A DNA stretch of 19,038 nt, from the NCBI GenBank assembly GCA_016840065.1, contig JAEOTB010000100.1, positions 1 to 19,038 of the forward strand. Direction: 5' to 3'. Positions within the stretch are counted from its first letter, which is position 1. Each line of letters opens with the position of its first letter. The stretch comes from Candidatus Hermodarchaeota archaeon (GTDB lineage: Archaea; Asgardarchaeota; Hermodarchaeia; Hermodarchaeales; Hermodarchaeaceae). Positions 1-8,181 of this stretch are shown piece after piece. The notes beneath the pieces were generated by a model, which saw only the letters and a list, made by a program, of their open reading frames with translations, had not been told where the DNA came from and did no database searches. Both the position numbers and the translations under genes were made by a program.

Positions 1-2648
1 ACATTGATGACTTCTGCTTTGCTCCAGAGACTGTACTCGCCGTTATCATCCAGTGCCCTTACTCGGAAGTAACGGGTTCCGTACTCTGTCATCGTGATGT
101 TCTGCCAAGTTCTAGTCAAAACCCAGCTGTTAACGATATATGCGAAGTTAACTGAATGACTCATCTCAAGATAGTAAGACACAACCCCGGTATCATCGGT
201 GCTAGTACCCCATGTAACATTGAACAGTCCATCCTTATCGGGGTCAACCGGAATGTTAAGGACGGGTACTGTTGGTAGGGTATTGTAGGATAGGCTCAAG
301 GATAGGACGGTTGCTGTGCGATCCTCAAAGGTACTACTGATCTGAACACGCCAACGTAGGTCATCACCCTTGAAACTGAATTCATGGGGGACCCCAGGCG
401 TCACGCTTTCCCAATGACTTCCACCATCCGCTGAAAGAAACCAGGAAAGAGTAGTATTGTACGGTTGAATCGCATTACAGGTAATAGTTGTATTACCAAT
501 GTCGAATCCGGAGGGGTCCACATCAAGCGACTGGGCAATATTCGTGGTTTCATAGCAATTGGCTGCACTCCGGAAAAGCCGAAAGATTACCAAAGAGTCA
601 CGACAGGCGACGTACGCGTAATCGCCAGAAATCTTCACTCGTTCAAAATACCGGTCAAACGGCTGATATATCCGATACAATGTCATTAAGGCTGGATTTG
701 ACGCGTCAAAGAGAAATGTACCCGTATATCCGAGGGTAGCAAGGATGTAGGTACCGAAGAAATCCACACCACGAATCCACCAATTGGTGTAGGTATCTAA
801 AACTACAGGCGTACTCCAAGGATCAGTAACATTGATGAAGAGAATGCCACCGGTGGAATTCGCGACGACACAGAAGTCCCCAGACACAGCGACATCCAGT
901 GGAGAAACAATCCCAAGATTACTAGTAAGGCGGAGGTTCGTCAGGTCGGTTGCCTCGTAGATAAACAATCCATTATTGACTCCTGAGGCCACCGCGTAGA
1001 CATACCTTCCCTGCACACAAACAGCAGTATAGTTACTTCCATCATACACCCAATCAAGATCCACATCGATGTCAAAGGAATTTGTGACATTCACTACGGC
1101 AAGACCCTGCGTCCCTGCGGCAACGTATGCAACATCACCATCAACACAGAGGTCATAAGATTCCGTGAAGTCTCTCCTGGAACGGAAAACTGGTGAACTG
1201 GGGTTGGAAACATCGACTGCCCAGAGACCACGACTTCCAACAACGCTCGAGTTGTCAAGGATGTAGCAATAGGGTCCTTGAACATCAATAGCCAGATAGT
1301 TCACAGAAGTATTATGCTGATAATTAGTAATGAGTGTAGGATTGAAGGGGTCACTGGTATCGAGGATGACCAGCCCATCAGTGCCTGCAGCAATAAAAGT
1401 CATATCTCCCTGAACATCCACATCCAAGGCATCAAAGGCTGTATAGTTGTACACCGGGAGAAAGGGATTCACAATGCTATTACCGAGTCCATGGATTTCT
1501 ACAACTGCAATCACATAAGAATCCATGAATGATGAATATCCCACCATCACAAACCCCTCATTATAGACCTCAACATCATAGGAGTCGAGTGTGAAGTGAA
1601 CAAGGTATTCTGTATTGGTGGGATCTGAAACATCAAGAATCTGTAAGCCGCCGCTACCATCGGCTACATACAATGTGTGTTCTTGTAACGCTAGCTTCTG
1701 AGCATTCCCTGGTGTATTGTAGCTTCCAAGGATTGAGGGGCTAGCAGGATTACTGACATCAATTATCTGCACACCACTTGAACCATCAGCTACATAGCAG
1801 AGGTCTCCTTCAACGAAACAATCAGTCGCGTTCCCAGGAGTATTAACACCACCTACCGACGTAATGGCGTAGGGATTGGATATATTCAATATCTTGAGTC
1901 CGTTAATCCCAGCAGCCAGATATGCCAGTTGTCCATTGATGTCTAAACCAAGGATTTCAGGATAGTTCAGGCTATTGACCTCAAAGATGTTAGAGGGGTC
2001 TTGAATATCGAGGATGAGGAAGTCTTCGACAGCTTGATAAATGCTAACATAGAGGAAACGCCCCTGCACTGCAAAATCTGTGATGCTACCATTTATTGGA
2101 CCGAATGTGTCTGCAGGAGCTGGAACAGAATAGGGGTTGCTAACGTTGAAGGCACCTAGCCAGGTTCCACCACCCCGTCCATCAGTAGAGCCCAAATAGA
2201 ATATGTCTCCAGTTACTTCTCCTGCGATGAGGTCAGTTGATGCGGTTGAATTACTCATCTGACTGATATCAGAGGGATCAGAAATATCATAGATTTGGAG
2301 GGAAGCTGATGCATCCGTAGTATTATACATGGTCGCATATGCTTTGCGGCCCTGCACGCTAACAGATCGCAAGGGGCTTGGTGTGATAATATAATCGGTG
2401 ACACCTAGTTGATAACTTCGTGAGTTTCGAACAAACCCTGAGCCCCAACCTTCTGCGCTAGTATTCCCAACGTCAAGATAGGTTGTAGTCGAAAAGTCCT
2501 CAGAGTAAATAGTAATTCCTGGACGAGGAATATCCCGGTTTAACACAGGCGATGCTAGACCAATAGGAGGAGAGTGGGCAGGGATTGCCAACGGGATAAG
2601 ACAAGTTAGGATGATAGTAAATAGCAACCTCTTCTTATGGGAAAACAT
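1..2648 (-). CDS. Exported LVIVD-repeat (beta-propeller) surface protein with C-terminal fibronectin type III-like domain, >880 aa, 3' end outside the window
   Basis: Hand translation of sampled segments of the minus strand, all in one frame. ATG 2648 lies 6 nt after GGTGA (2659-2655); an alternative ATG is at 2654. The N-terminus MFSHKKRLLFTIILTCLIPLAIPA looks like a signal peptide. Repeated LVIVD units such as PSILGSYNTPGNAQKLALQEHTLYVADGSGGLQILDVSDP. The same frame at the edge reads GTRYFRVRALDDNGEYSLWS (FN3 strands F/G). Probably omitted from the ORF track because its stop is not in the window. Confidence 0.9.
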   Translation of the reverse strand, partial: MFSHKKRLLFTIILTCLIPLAIPAHSPPIGLASPVLNRDIPRPGITIYSEDFSTTTYLDVGNTSAEGWGSGFVRNSRSYQLGVTDYIITPSPLRSVSVQGRKAYATMYNTTDASASLQIYDISDPSDISQMSNSTASTDLIAGEVTGDIFYLGSTDGRGGGTWLGAFNVSNPYSVPAPADTFGPINGSITDFAVQGRFLYVSIYQAVEDFLILDIQDPSNIFEVNSLNYPEILGLDINGQLAYLAAGINGLKILNISNPYAITSVGGVNTPGNATDCFVEGDLCYVADGSSGVQIIDVSNPASPSILGSYNTPGNAQKLALQEHTLYVADGSGGLQILDVSDPTNTEYLVHFTLDSYDVEVYNEGFVMVGYSSFMDSYVIAVVEIHGLGNSIVNPFLPVYNYTAFDALDVDVQGDMTFIAAGTDGLVILDTSDPFNPTLITNYQHNTSVNYLAIDVQGPYCYILDNSSVVGSRGLWAVDVSNPSSPVFRSRRDFTESYDLCVDGDVAYVAAGTQGLAVVNVTNSFDIDVDLDWVYDGSNYTAVCVQGRYVYAVASGVNNGLFIYEATDLTNLRLTSNLGIVSPLDVAVSGDFCVVANSTGGILFINVTDPWSTPVVLDTYTNWWIRGVDFFGTYILATLGYTGTFLFDASNPALMTLYRIYQPFDRYFERVKISGDYAYVACRDSLVIFRLFRSAANCYETTNIAQSLDVDPSGFDIGNTTITCNAIQPYNTTLSWFLSADGGSHWESVTPGVPHEFSFKGDDLRWRVQISSTFEDRTATVLSLSLSYNTLPTVPVLNIPVDPDKDGLFNVTWGTSTDDTGVVSYYLEMSHSVNFAYIVNSWVLTRTWQNITMTEYGTRYFRVRALDDNGEYSLWSKAEVIN

Positions 2649-2779
2649 GTTCATTCACCAGCTCAGAAGGTCTTCTGGTAAATAACTGGTTTTCTTGTCT
2701 AAAAGCCTACTGTAATAGGCGAATATTTAGAACCATTTGTGATCCTCTCGGGTTACCTAGTATCTCTATCATTGGAGGA

Positions 2780-4171
2780 TCAATGTTCGTGATGGGCATG
2801 TGAGGGGTCGCGCAGGTTTCCTAGCGCTGATACAATCAGCTCTGTTAGTGCCGGGTGGATGTGCATTCCCTGAGCTAGAGTCCACATGTTCCCGCCTATT
2901 GCCATGATGTCGACTACTTCTTGGATGAGGATAGGCGCGTAAGGTCCAATAATGTGGTAGCCCAGAATCGTGTATGTTTCCTTCTCAACGATGGCTTTGG
3001 CGAAGCCTTCCTCCTCGACCATAGCTTCTCCCTTTGCGATATCAGAGTACTTAGCAACCCCGACCAGGATGTCATGACTTTTCTCTGCTTCTTCCTGAGT
3101 CATACCAACACCAGCAATTTGGGGATAAGAGAACACCGCATAGGGAACAGCGTGATATTCCATCTTACGTTTCTGTTGAGGTTGAGAAGCATTGTTCCAG
3201 GCGATTTGAGCTTCACGGTTCGCTGTGTGCTTAAACATCTGTTTCCCGATTATATCACCCAGAGCCCAGATTTTTGGCTTACTCGTTTCCATATACTCAT
3301 TGGCGATGATGAATCCCCGCTCATCGGTCTCGACACCGGTTTTCTCGACTTGTAGGACATCAGCGTTTGACCGGCGCCCTGTGGCAACCAATACACGCTC
3401 AGCCTTGAACTGCTGTTCTTTCCTGGTTCTCCTGTTCCTCCCCAGCACAACTTCTCCGGCTGATGTGTGCTTGACCTCTACTGCGCTGGTACTAGTATAG
3501 ATTTTCATCCGTCTGGAAAGGGCCTGCTCAAGGACCTGAGATATTTCTGGTTCCATATAGGGCACGAGGCGTTCACTCCGCTGTAACATTGTTACCTCAG
3601 ACCCCATGGCTGCCAGGAAGTGGCCATACTCAGCGGCGATGTAGCCGCCACCGATGATTACAATACTCTTTGGAAGCTTGGTAATAGAGAGAAGTGTTTC
3701 GTTTGTGAGATAGTTGATTTTGTCCAGTCCCTTGATTGGAGGAATCGATGGTCTGGCACCGGCTACTATGAATATCTTGTCTCCCCGGATTTTCTGACCT
3801 TCTACCTCCATCGTGTAGTCGCCGATGAAACGTCCCTCAGCCTCGTAGAAGTCCAAGTTTTCTGCATGTTTAAGCCCTGTACGCATGTGCCCCAGGCTTT
3901 CATCGATGGGTTTACGCATCCGTGTCATGATTGCCTTAAAGTCAATGCTCTTGATTTCTGCTTTAATTCCTAGCTTGTGGGCTTCCTGGATTTCCACGAT
4001 TCGGTCCGCTGGATAGATCAGCATCTTCGATGGAATGCAGCCCACATTAAGACAGGTCCCTCCCAAGGGACCACGATCAACATACGCGCATTTCAGGCCA
4101 GAACGATAGGCTGCATCTAAAATCGTGCCGCCCGAACCTGACCCAATTACAATAACATCGTAGTCCTTCAT
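2780..4171 (-). CDS. Class I pyridine nucleotide-disulfide oxidoreductase (dihydrolipoamide dehydrogenase / mycothione reductase-like)
   Basis: FAD motif VIVIGSGSGG, redox disulfide GGTCLNVGCIPSK, second Rossmann motif IIGGGYIAAE, ATGRRSN, ALGDI and C-terminal HIHPALTE. ATG 4171 (MKDYDV) is preferred over TTG 4177 because a TATA box lies about 25-32 nt upstream. Confidence 0.9.
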   Translation of the reverse strand: MKDYDVIVIGSGSGGTILDAAYRSGLKCAYVDRGPLGGTCLNVGCIPSKMLIYPADRIVEIQEAHKLGIKAEIKSIDFKAIMTRMRKPIDESLGHMRTGLKHAENLDFYEAEGRFIGDYTMEVEGQKIRGDKIFIVAGARPSIPPIKGLDKINYLTNETLLSITKLPKSIVIIGGGYIAAEYGHFLAAMGSEVTMLQRSERLVPYMEPEISQVLEQALSRRMKIYTSTSAVEVKHTSAGEVVLGRNRRTRKEQQFKAERVLVATGRRSNADVLQVEKTGVETDERGFIIANEYMETSKPKIWALGDIIGKQMFKHTANREAQIAWNNASQPQQKRKMEYHAVPYAVFSYPQIAGVGMTQEEAEKSHDILVGVAKYSDIAKGEAMVEEEGFAKAIVEKETYTILGYHIIGPYAPILIQEVVDIMAIGGNMWTLAQGMHIHPALTELIVSALGNLRDPSHAHHEH

Positions 4172-4193
4172 ACCCAAAGAAAGGGGTTAGGTG

Positions 4194-4203
4194 TTTTATA
4201 TAA
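4194..4203 (-). promoter_or_regulatory. TATA box for the disulfide reductase (probably leaderless transcript)
   Basis: TTATATAAAA on the minus strand, 23-32 nt upstream of ATG 4171, with no SD in between. Confidence 0.55.
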
Positions 4204-4261
4204 TCTCGGAAAATCCTAGACCACAAAACCTCCCTTTTCGAGTACTTCTGCTCAGAATTTA

Positions 4262-4278
4262 GAAAGGTATTTAATATA
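4262..4278 (+). promoter_or_regulatory. BRE-TATA-like promoter on the plus strand
   Basis: GAAAGG-TATTTAATATA, a purine-rich BRE followed by a TATA, about 22-28 nt upstream of ATG 4298. Confidence 0.5.
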
Positions 4279-4297
4279 TGCAAGGCAAGATTTTCTC

Positions 4298-4414
4298 ATG
4301 TCTCCTCGGGTCAGACGTCCAGAAATTCAACGCGAGAGCAAGCCCAAAGAAAAAGTCCCCTCAAAAGGTTTGATTGGCACAAACGGTTTCGCAGGCATAA
4401 GGTCCCGCGAATAG
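4298..4414 (+). CDS. Candidate small basic protein, 38 aa (MSPRVRRPEIQRESKPKEKVPSKGLIGTNGFAGIRSRE)
   Basis: ATG 4298 to TAG 4412-4414 in an otherwise empty ~340-bp intergenic gap, at leaderless-start distance from a good BRE/TATA. It is below the ORF-track size cutoff. Confidence 0.4.
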   Translation: MSPRVRRPEIQRESKPKEKVPSKGLIGTNGFAGIRSRE

Positions 4415-4456
4415 ATTCAAACCTAACCAATTACCAGCGCATAGTTCTTTGAAGGG

Positions 4457-4487
4457 ATAGCCACTTAGCTAGTGGAAAGTGGGCTGT
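4457..4487. terminator. Possible hairpin between the convergent sORF and EEP gene
   Basis: CCACT-tagct-AGTGG stem (4461-4475) and an alternative AGCCACTT...AAGTGGGCT pairing. Confidence 0.25.
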
Positions 4488-4515
4488 AACTATTCAGAAT
4501 CACTTATTGTGCTAT

Positions 4516-5433
4516 TCAACCCTTTATTGAACAAACCACTCTTTTGATTTCCTCGTCCTGACAGTTCACTACTATTCCTTCAGAACCGAAAATACGATTC
4601 GAAGCAAATGTTGCAGACGGGAGCTGTAGGGTTGCCATAACCGGAAGGTGATCAGAAGCCAGCGAGGACACGACACGATGCTCATCAACCGTGATACCAT
4701 TGGAGACAAAGACATAGTCGATGCGCTCAGTGGGGTCCCAGGAAGTGCTCGTACAGTTGCCATAACGGCTTCCACCGGGGACAATATCGAAGGTGTCGTT
4801 GAAACGGCTTAGAATGTTTGTCAGAATCCCCTGGTCGGTAGCGTTAGTCGTGTAAGCGTCGATATTGAAGTCACCCGCCCAGATCTTCAATCCAGACACC
4901 GCGTCGATATAGGGGAAGGCTAGTGTTGCCTGCTGAAGTCGACTCGCGGGACTCATCACGGTGAAGTGAACACCAAATACAGTCACGGTATCTGTTCCAA
5001 CATCGATGGTAGCCTTCAGCAGCGTATCAGTCTCTTCAGAACTCGGTAGTATCAATTCCTCGTAATTTATAATCGGATATTTGCTGAGAATGACATCTCC
5101 TTGCCAGGTGCTCTCAGTATCCGTGATGGGGGCAAGATACATGTTCAGCCTTTGGGCTAGCCAGCGAGCCTGATCCACCCACCCAGTCATGACTACGCCC
5201 ATATCGACTTCCTGAAGGACTAGAATGTCAGGATTCCAGGGCTGAATTGTGGCAAGGACTGCTTCTAGGTCTAAGCGGTTGTTTGCTCCAAATCCCTCGT
5301 GTATGTTGTATGTCATTACCTTAAGGCTCGCTCCAGGTTGGGGTGCAACGTTGTAGGTGAGGGCGCACCAGCTTGCTGAGGCGATTAGAGGAATTAGGAT
5401 TATAGCGAGGGCAAAGATGGTCTTCCTGTTCAT
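4516..5433 (-). CDS. Endonuclease/exonuclease/phosphatase (EEP) family protein with N-terminal signal/membrane anchor; Cwh43/PGAP2IP C-terminal-like
   Basis: Complete EEP motif set: VMTYNIH, LQEVD, ILSKYPI, GVHF, AGDFN, RIDYVF, ASDHLPV. Hydrophobic N-terminus. SD GGAGGTG upstream and an ATGA overlap (5430-5433) with the upstream gene. Confidence 0.88.
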   Translation of the reverse strand: MNRKTIFALAIILIPLIASASWCALTYNVAPQPGASLKVMTYNIHEGFGANNRLDLEAVLATIQPWNPDILVLQEVDMGVVMTGWVDQARWLAQRLNMYLAPITDTESTWQGDVILSKYPIINYEELILPSSEETDTLLKATIDVGTDTVTVFGVHFTVMSPASRLQQATLAFPYIDAVSGLKIWAGDFNIDAYTTNATDQGILTNILSRFNDTFDIVPGGSRYGNCTSTSWDPTERIDYVFVSNGITVDEHRVVSSLASDHLPVMATLQLPSATFASNRIFGSEGIVVNCQDEEIKRVVCSIKG

Positions 5434-6701
5434 GATTCAACACCTCCAACTTTGTACGCAGCAGCAGTCGATGTTAGGAGTAAGATAACAGTAGCTGCCA
5501 AGATGAGTGTTGGTGCCTGCCCCTCAAAGATGGCTCCAAGCGACCCAAGGTACGCGTACGCAAACGCAAAGCCAGTCATGAAGCAGAAGAGAAGCAGGAA
5601 TATCATGCTCAGGAAGAAGGACAAGCTGAGTACAGTGAATCTACCCCACCTGAATTGCCGCTGAACTATATACTGGACAAGAATGTAGAGATCAAGGACA
5701 ACAAAGAATTGCGCAACAAGCGCTAGTGCCGCAGAGAACCAGGTTCCAACAATTAACACACATGTTATTGCTGTAACCATAATGATGTTACCGATAAGGA
5801 AGAAAAACCAATTATCCAAAGGCAGCTTCGAAGCCAATGGTGTATAGAAGAGGGCCAGGACAGTCAGAGTGAACACCAATATCATGAGGATGATGAGAAC
5901 TGCAAGCTCCAACAAGGAGTATGTGGGCACAGCCCAGCGCAGCACATTCTGAGGGTTAGCAAGTAAACTCAATTCTAGGAAGAGTACCACACCAATTCCC
6001 AAGGGAATAAAAATACCGCCCAAGCGGGAGGCCGAAATACCGCTTACTCCAAGAACCCTGGGTCGCTTGGATTCACCAACCCGAAATTCCTTCACCATCA
6101 AGGCTAAAACGACGATTACTAAGATTAACTGGGGGATAAGGTAGAGGAAACTTCGGGATACATCATACATCCCATAGAAGGATCGAAAAAGAATATCGTA
6201 TCCAAAGGCAAGCGTAAAACCTCCGATGAAAAGCGCTACTTCGTTTTCCTTGTTGGTTCCAGATTCCCCTGTGATTTGACTCACTATATAAGATGGAAGG
6301 AAGATGGAGTAACAGGCAATTACTAGGGCAGAAAGTAAGAGCTCCACCCCCGAACTCAATCCGAAGCCAGAAGCTCCGAGAGCAGCTTCTAAGTAGCCTC
6401 CGAGGGTTATCGGGAGGATAAAGATTGAGGTCAAGATAGCAGAAATAATCATCAGGCTTCTGTCACTGATTCTCCTCCCAATGATAACCCCGAAGATGGG
6501 CATCAAGAATGCCAACATCGCAAGCAGCGGCAGGTAAGACGAACCAAACCAAATGACGTTCCAAACCGCCATATACATGTTAACCACAAAGGTCCTGAAA
6601 CCTTGAAGGAAGAAGAGAGTCACAAGCAGGGGCACCAGCAGACGAGTCGAAAACTCCTGGAAATCCATATCATCAAAGAGGAAGCTTCCCATGAAAGTCA
6701 C
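5430..6701 (-). CDS. Multipass membrane protein (about 11-12 TM), translationally coupled to the EEP gene
   Basis: 423-aa ORF made almost wholly of hydrophobic segments with one charged loop. Its stop overlaps the EEP start (ATGA). The true start may be ATG 6692, behind GGAGTG. Confidence 0.8.
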   Translation of the reverse strand: MTFMGSFLFDDMDFQEFSTRLLVPLLVTLFFLQGFRTFVVNMYMAVWNVIWFGSSYLPLLAMLAFLMPIFGVIIGRRISDRSLMIISAILTSIFILPITLGGYLEAALGASGFGLSSGVELLLSALVIACYSIFLPSYIVSQITGESGTNKENEVALFIGGFTLAFGYDILFRSFYGMYDVSRSFLYLIPQLILVIVVLALMVKEFRVGESKRPRVLGVSGISASRLGGIFIPLGIGVVLFLELSLLANPQNVLRWAVPTYSLLELAVLIILMILVFTLTVLALFYTPLASKLPLDNWFFFLIGNIIMVTAITCVLIVGTWFSAALALVAQFFVVLDLYILVQYIVQRQFRWGRFTVLSLSFFLSMIFLLLFCFMTGFAFAYAYLGSLGAIFEGQAPTLILAATVILLLTSTAAAYKVGGVES

Positions 6702-6813
6702 ACTCCGAAAACCACTAGAGATTGTGGCTATTCCAACCCTTTGTATGGTCCTTCCTAATATAGTTAAGTTCTAGGAGAAACAATGTCTAACTGTACTCGT
6801 GGGAGGTTTTTGC

Positions 6814-7998
6814 ATGCTCGAATTTTCGAAAGCTGCATCACGGTTAGACCAAGTATCACCCAGTGGGCTCAGAGCCTTTTTCGACCTGGGCGCACAGCTA
6901 GCAGCCAAAGGAGTAGATGTAATCTCCCTAGGTCTTGGGGACTTGGATCTTCCGCTACCAAAAATTATTGAAAAAGCACTAATCAGCGCTATCAAGCAGG
7001 GGTGTATTCGCTACACTTCGAATAAGGGGATTCCCGAACTCCGCTTGGCAATCGCGGAACGTTACAATGACACCTTCGGGCTCAAGTATGCCTGGGATGA
7101 GGAAGTCCTCGTCACCGTGGGAGCCCTTGAAGGGTTACTAGACATCATGTTAGGGCTGCTTAATCCTGGCGACCGGGTGCTAATACAGGAGCCAGCCTTC
7201 GGATATTTCCAGCACCAGGCAACACTCGCAGGCGCAGAAGTCGAACAGATTCCATTGACACCTCGGTTTGACCTCGATGTGGACCGATTCGCGGAGGCTC
7301 TCAGTCAGCGGAAAACCAGGATGATTGTGATAAACTCCCCCTGTAATCCAACGGGCTCCATCGCCTCCCGGTCAAAGGTTCTCAAGTTGGTGGAGCTAGC
7401 TCGGGACCATGGCTGCTTAGTGGTATCCGATGAAGCCTATGAGTTTCTTCGCTACGATGGTAAAGCCCACACCTGTGCAGCGGAGGCGTGCCAGGACAAT
7501 GTCATCATCGTGAACAGCTTCTCCAAGGCTTTCATCATGACGGGGCTTCGCCTCGGCTATGTTGTGGCCCCTGCCGCCCTCTTGAAGCCCATCGCGCAAA
7601 TCCATCAATATAACACCGCCTGTGCCGCAGCTCCCATCCAAGAAGCAGCAGCGGTTGCACTCCGTGATTCTAAGGCGATGAACGCCTTCATCAAACGTAA
7701 TCTTCGTGTTCTGAATGAACGCCGAAAAACAGCCATCGAACATTTCGTGAAGATTCCAGGATTAACACTCCCTTACAAACCACTTGGAGCTTTCTACCTC
7801 TTCCCGAACTGCAAGGGTACGGGATTGAATGGGTATGACTTTGCCACCAAGGTCTTGAACGAAGCAGGGGTCATCGTCATTCCAGGAGACAATTTTGGGA
7901 GTAGCTTCTCGGACTATATTCGGATTAGTTATTCCTCCGCACCATCCAGTAGGCTCTTAGAGGCTGCTTCACGAATCAAGCACTTAGCAGGACACTAG
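6814..7998 (+). CDS. PLP-dependent aminotransferase class I/II (aspartate aminotransferase-like)
   Basis: Motifs YTSNKGIPELR, NSPCNPTG, SDEAY, NSFSKAFIMTGLRLGY (PLP lysine), GAFYLF and YIRISY. Start moved to ATG 6814 because GGAGGT sits at 6802-6807. Confidence 0.92.
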   Translation: MLEFSKAASRLDQVSPSGLRAFFDLGAQLAAKGVDVISLGLGDLDLPLPKIIEKALISAIKQGCIRYTSNKGIPELRLAIAERYNDTFGLKYAWDEEVLVTVGALEGLLDIMLGLLNPGDRVLIQEPAFGYFQHQATLAGAEVEQIPLTPRFDLDVDRFAEALSQRKTRMIVINSPCNPTGSIASRSKVLKLVELARDHGCLVVSDEAYEFLRYDGKAHTCAAEACQDNVIIVNSFSKAFIMTGLRLGYVVAPAALLKPIAQIHQYNTACAAAPIQEAAAVALRDSKAMNAFIKRNLRVLNERRKTAIEHFVKIPGLTLPYKPLGAFYLFPNCKGTGLNGYDFATKVLNEAGVIVIPGDNFGSSFSDYIRISYSSAPSSRLLEAASRIKHLAGH

Positions 7999-8095
7999 CA
8001 AGGCCAGCTGGTCCCGGCTACAATGTAAAATAAGATGTTACTATATTAGAAGAGATTAGGTACAAATAGATAAAAAATATGCAACACCTTTAATG

Positions 8096-8112
8096 AGAAA
8101 CGCTTAATAAAA
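8096..8112 (+). promoter_or_regulatory. BRE/TATA-like element upstream of the LEA_2-repeat gene
   Basis: AGAAA-CGCTTAATAA in an AT-rich intergenic region. SD GGAGG at 8168-8172 precedes ATG 8182. Confidence 0.35.
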
Positions 8113-8181
8113 TTAACAGCGTAAAACGGAATCGGATTTTCATGAACAGACCTGTTCAAGACAACGCGGAGGAATAATCGA

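Noticed and set aside
465-1532. Short ORFs 465-689, 488-739, 1094-1288 and 1278-1532
   Set aside because: Antisense or off-frame shadows of the long LVIVD-repeat CDS, with no motifs.
2780-4171. Mercuric reductase (MerA) assignment
   Set aside because: No N-terminal HMA domain and no C-terminal vicinal Cys pair.
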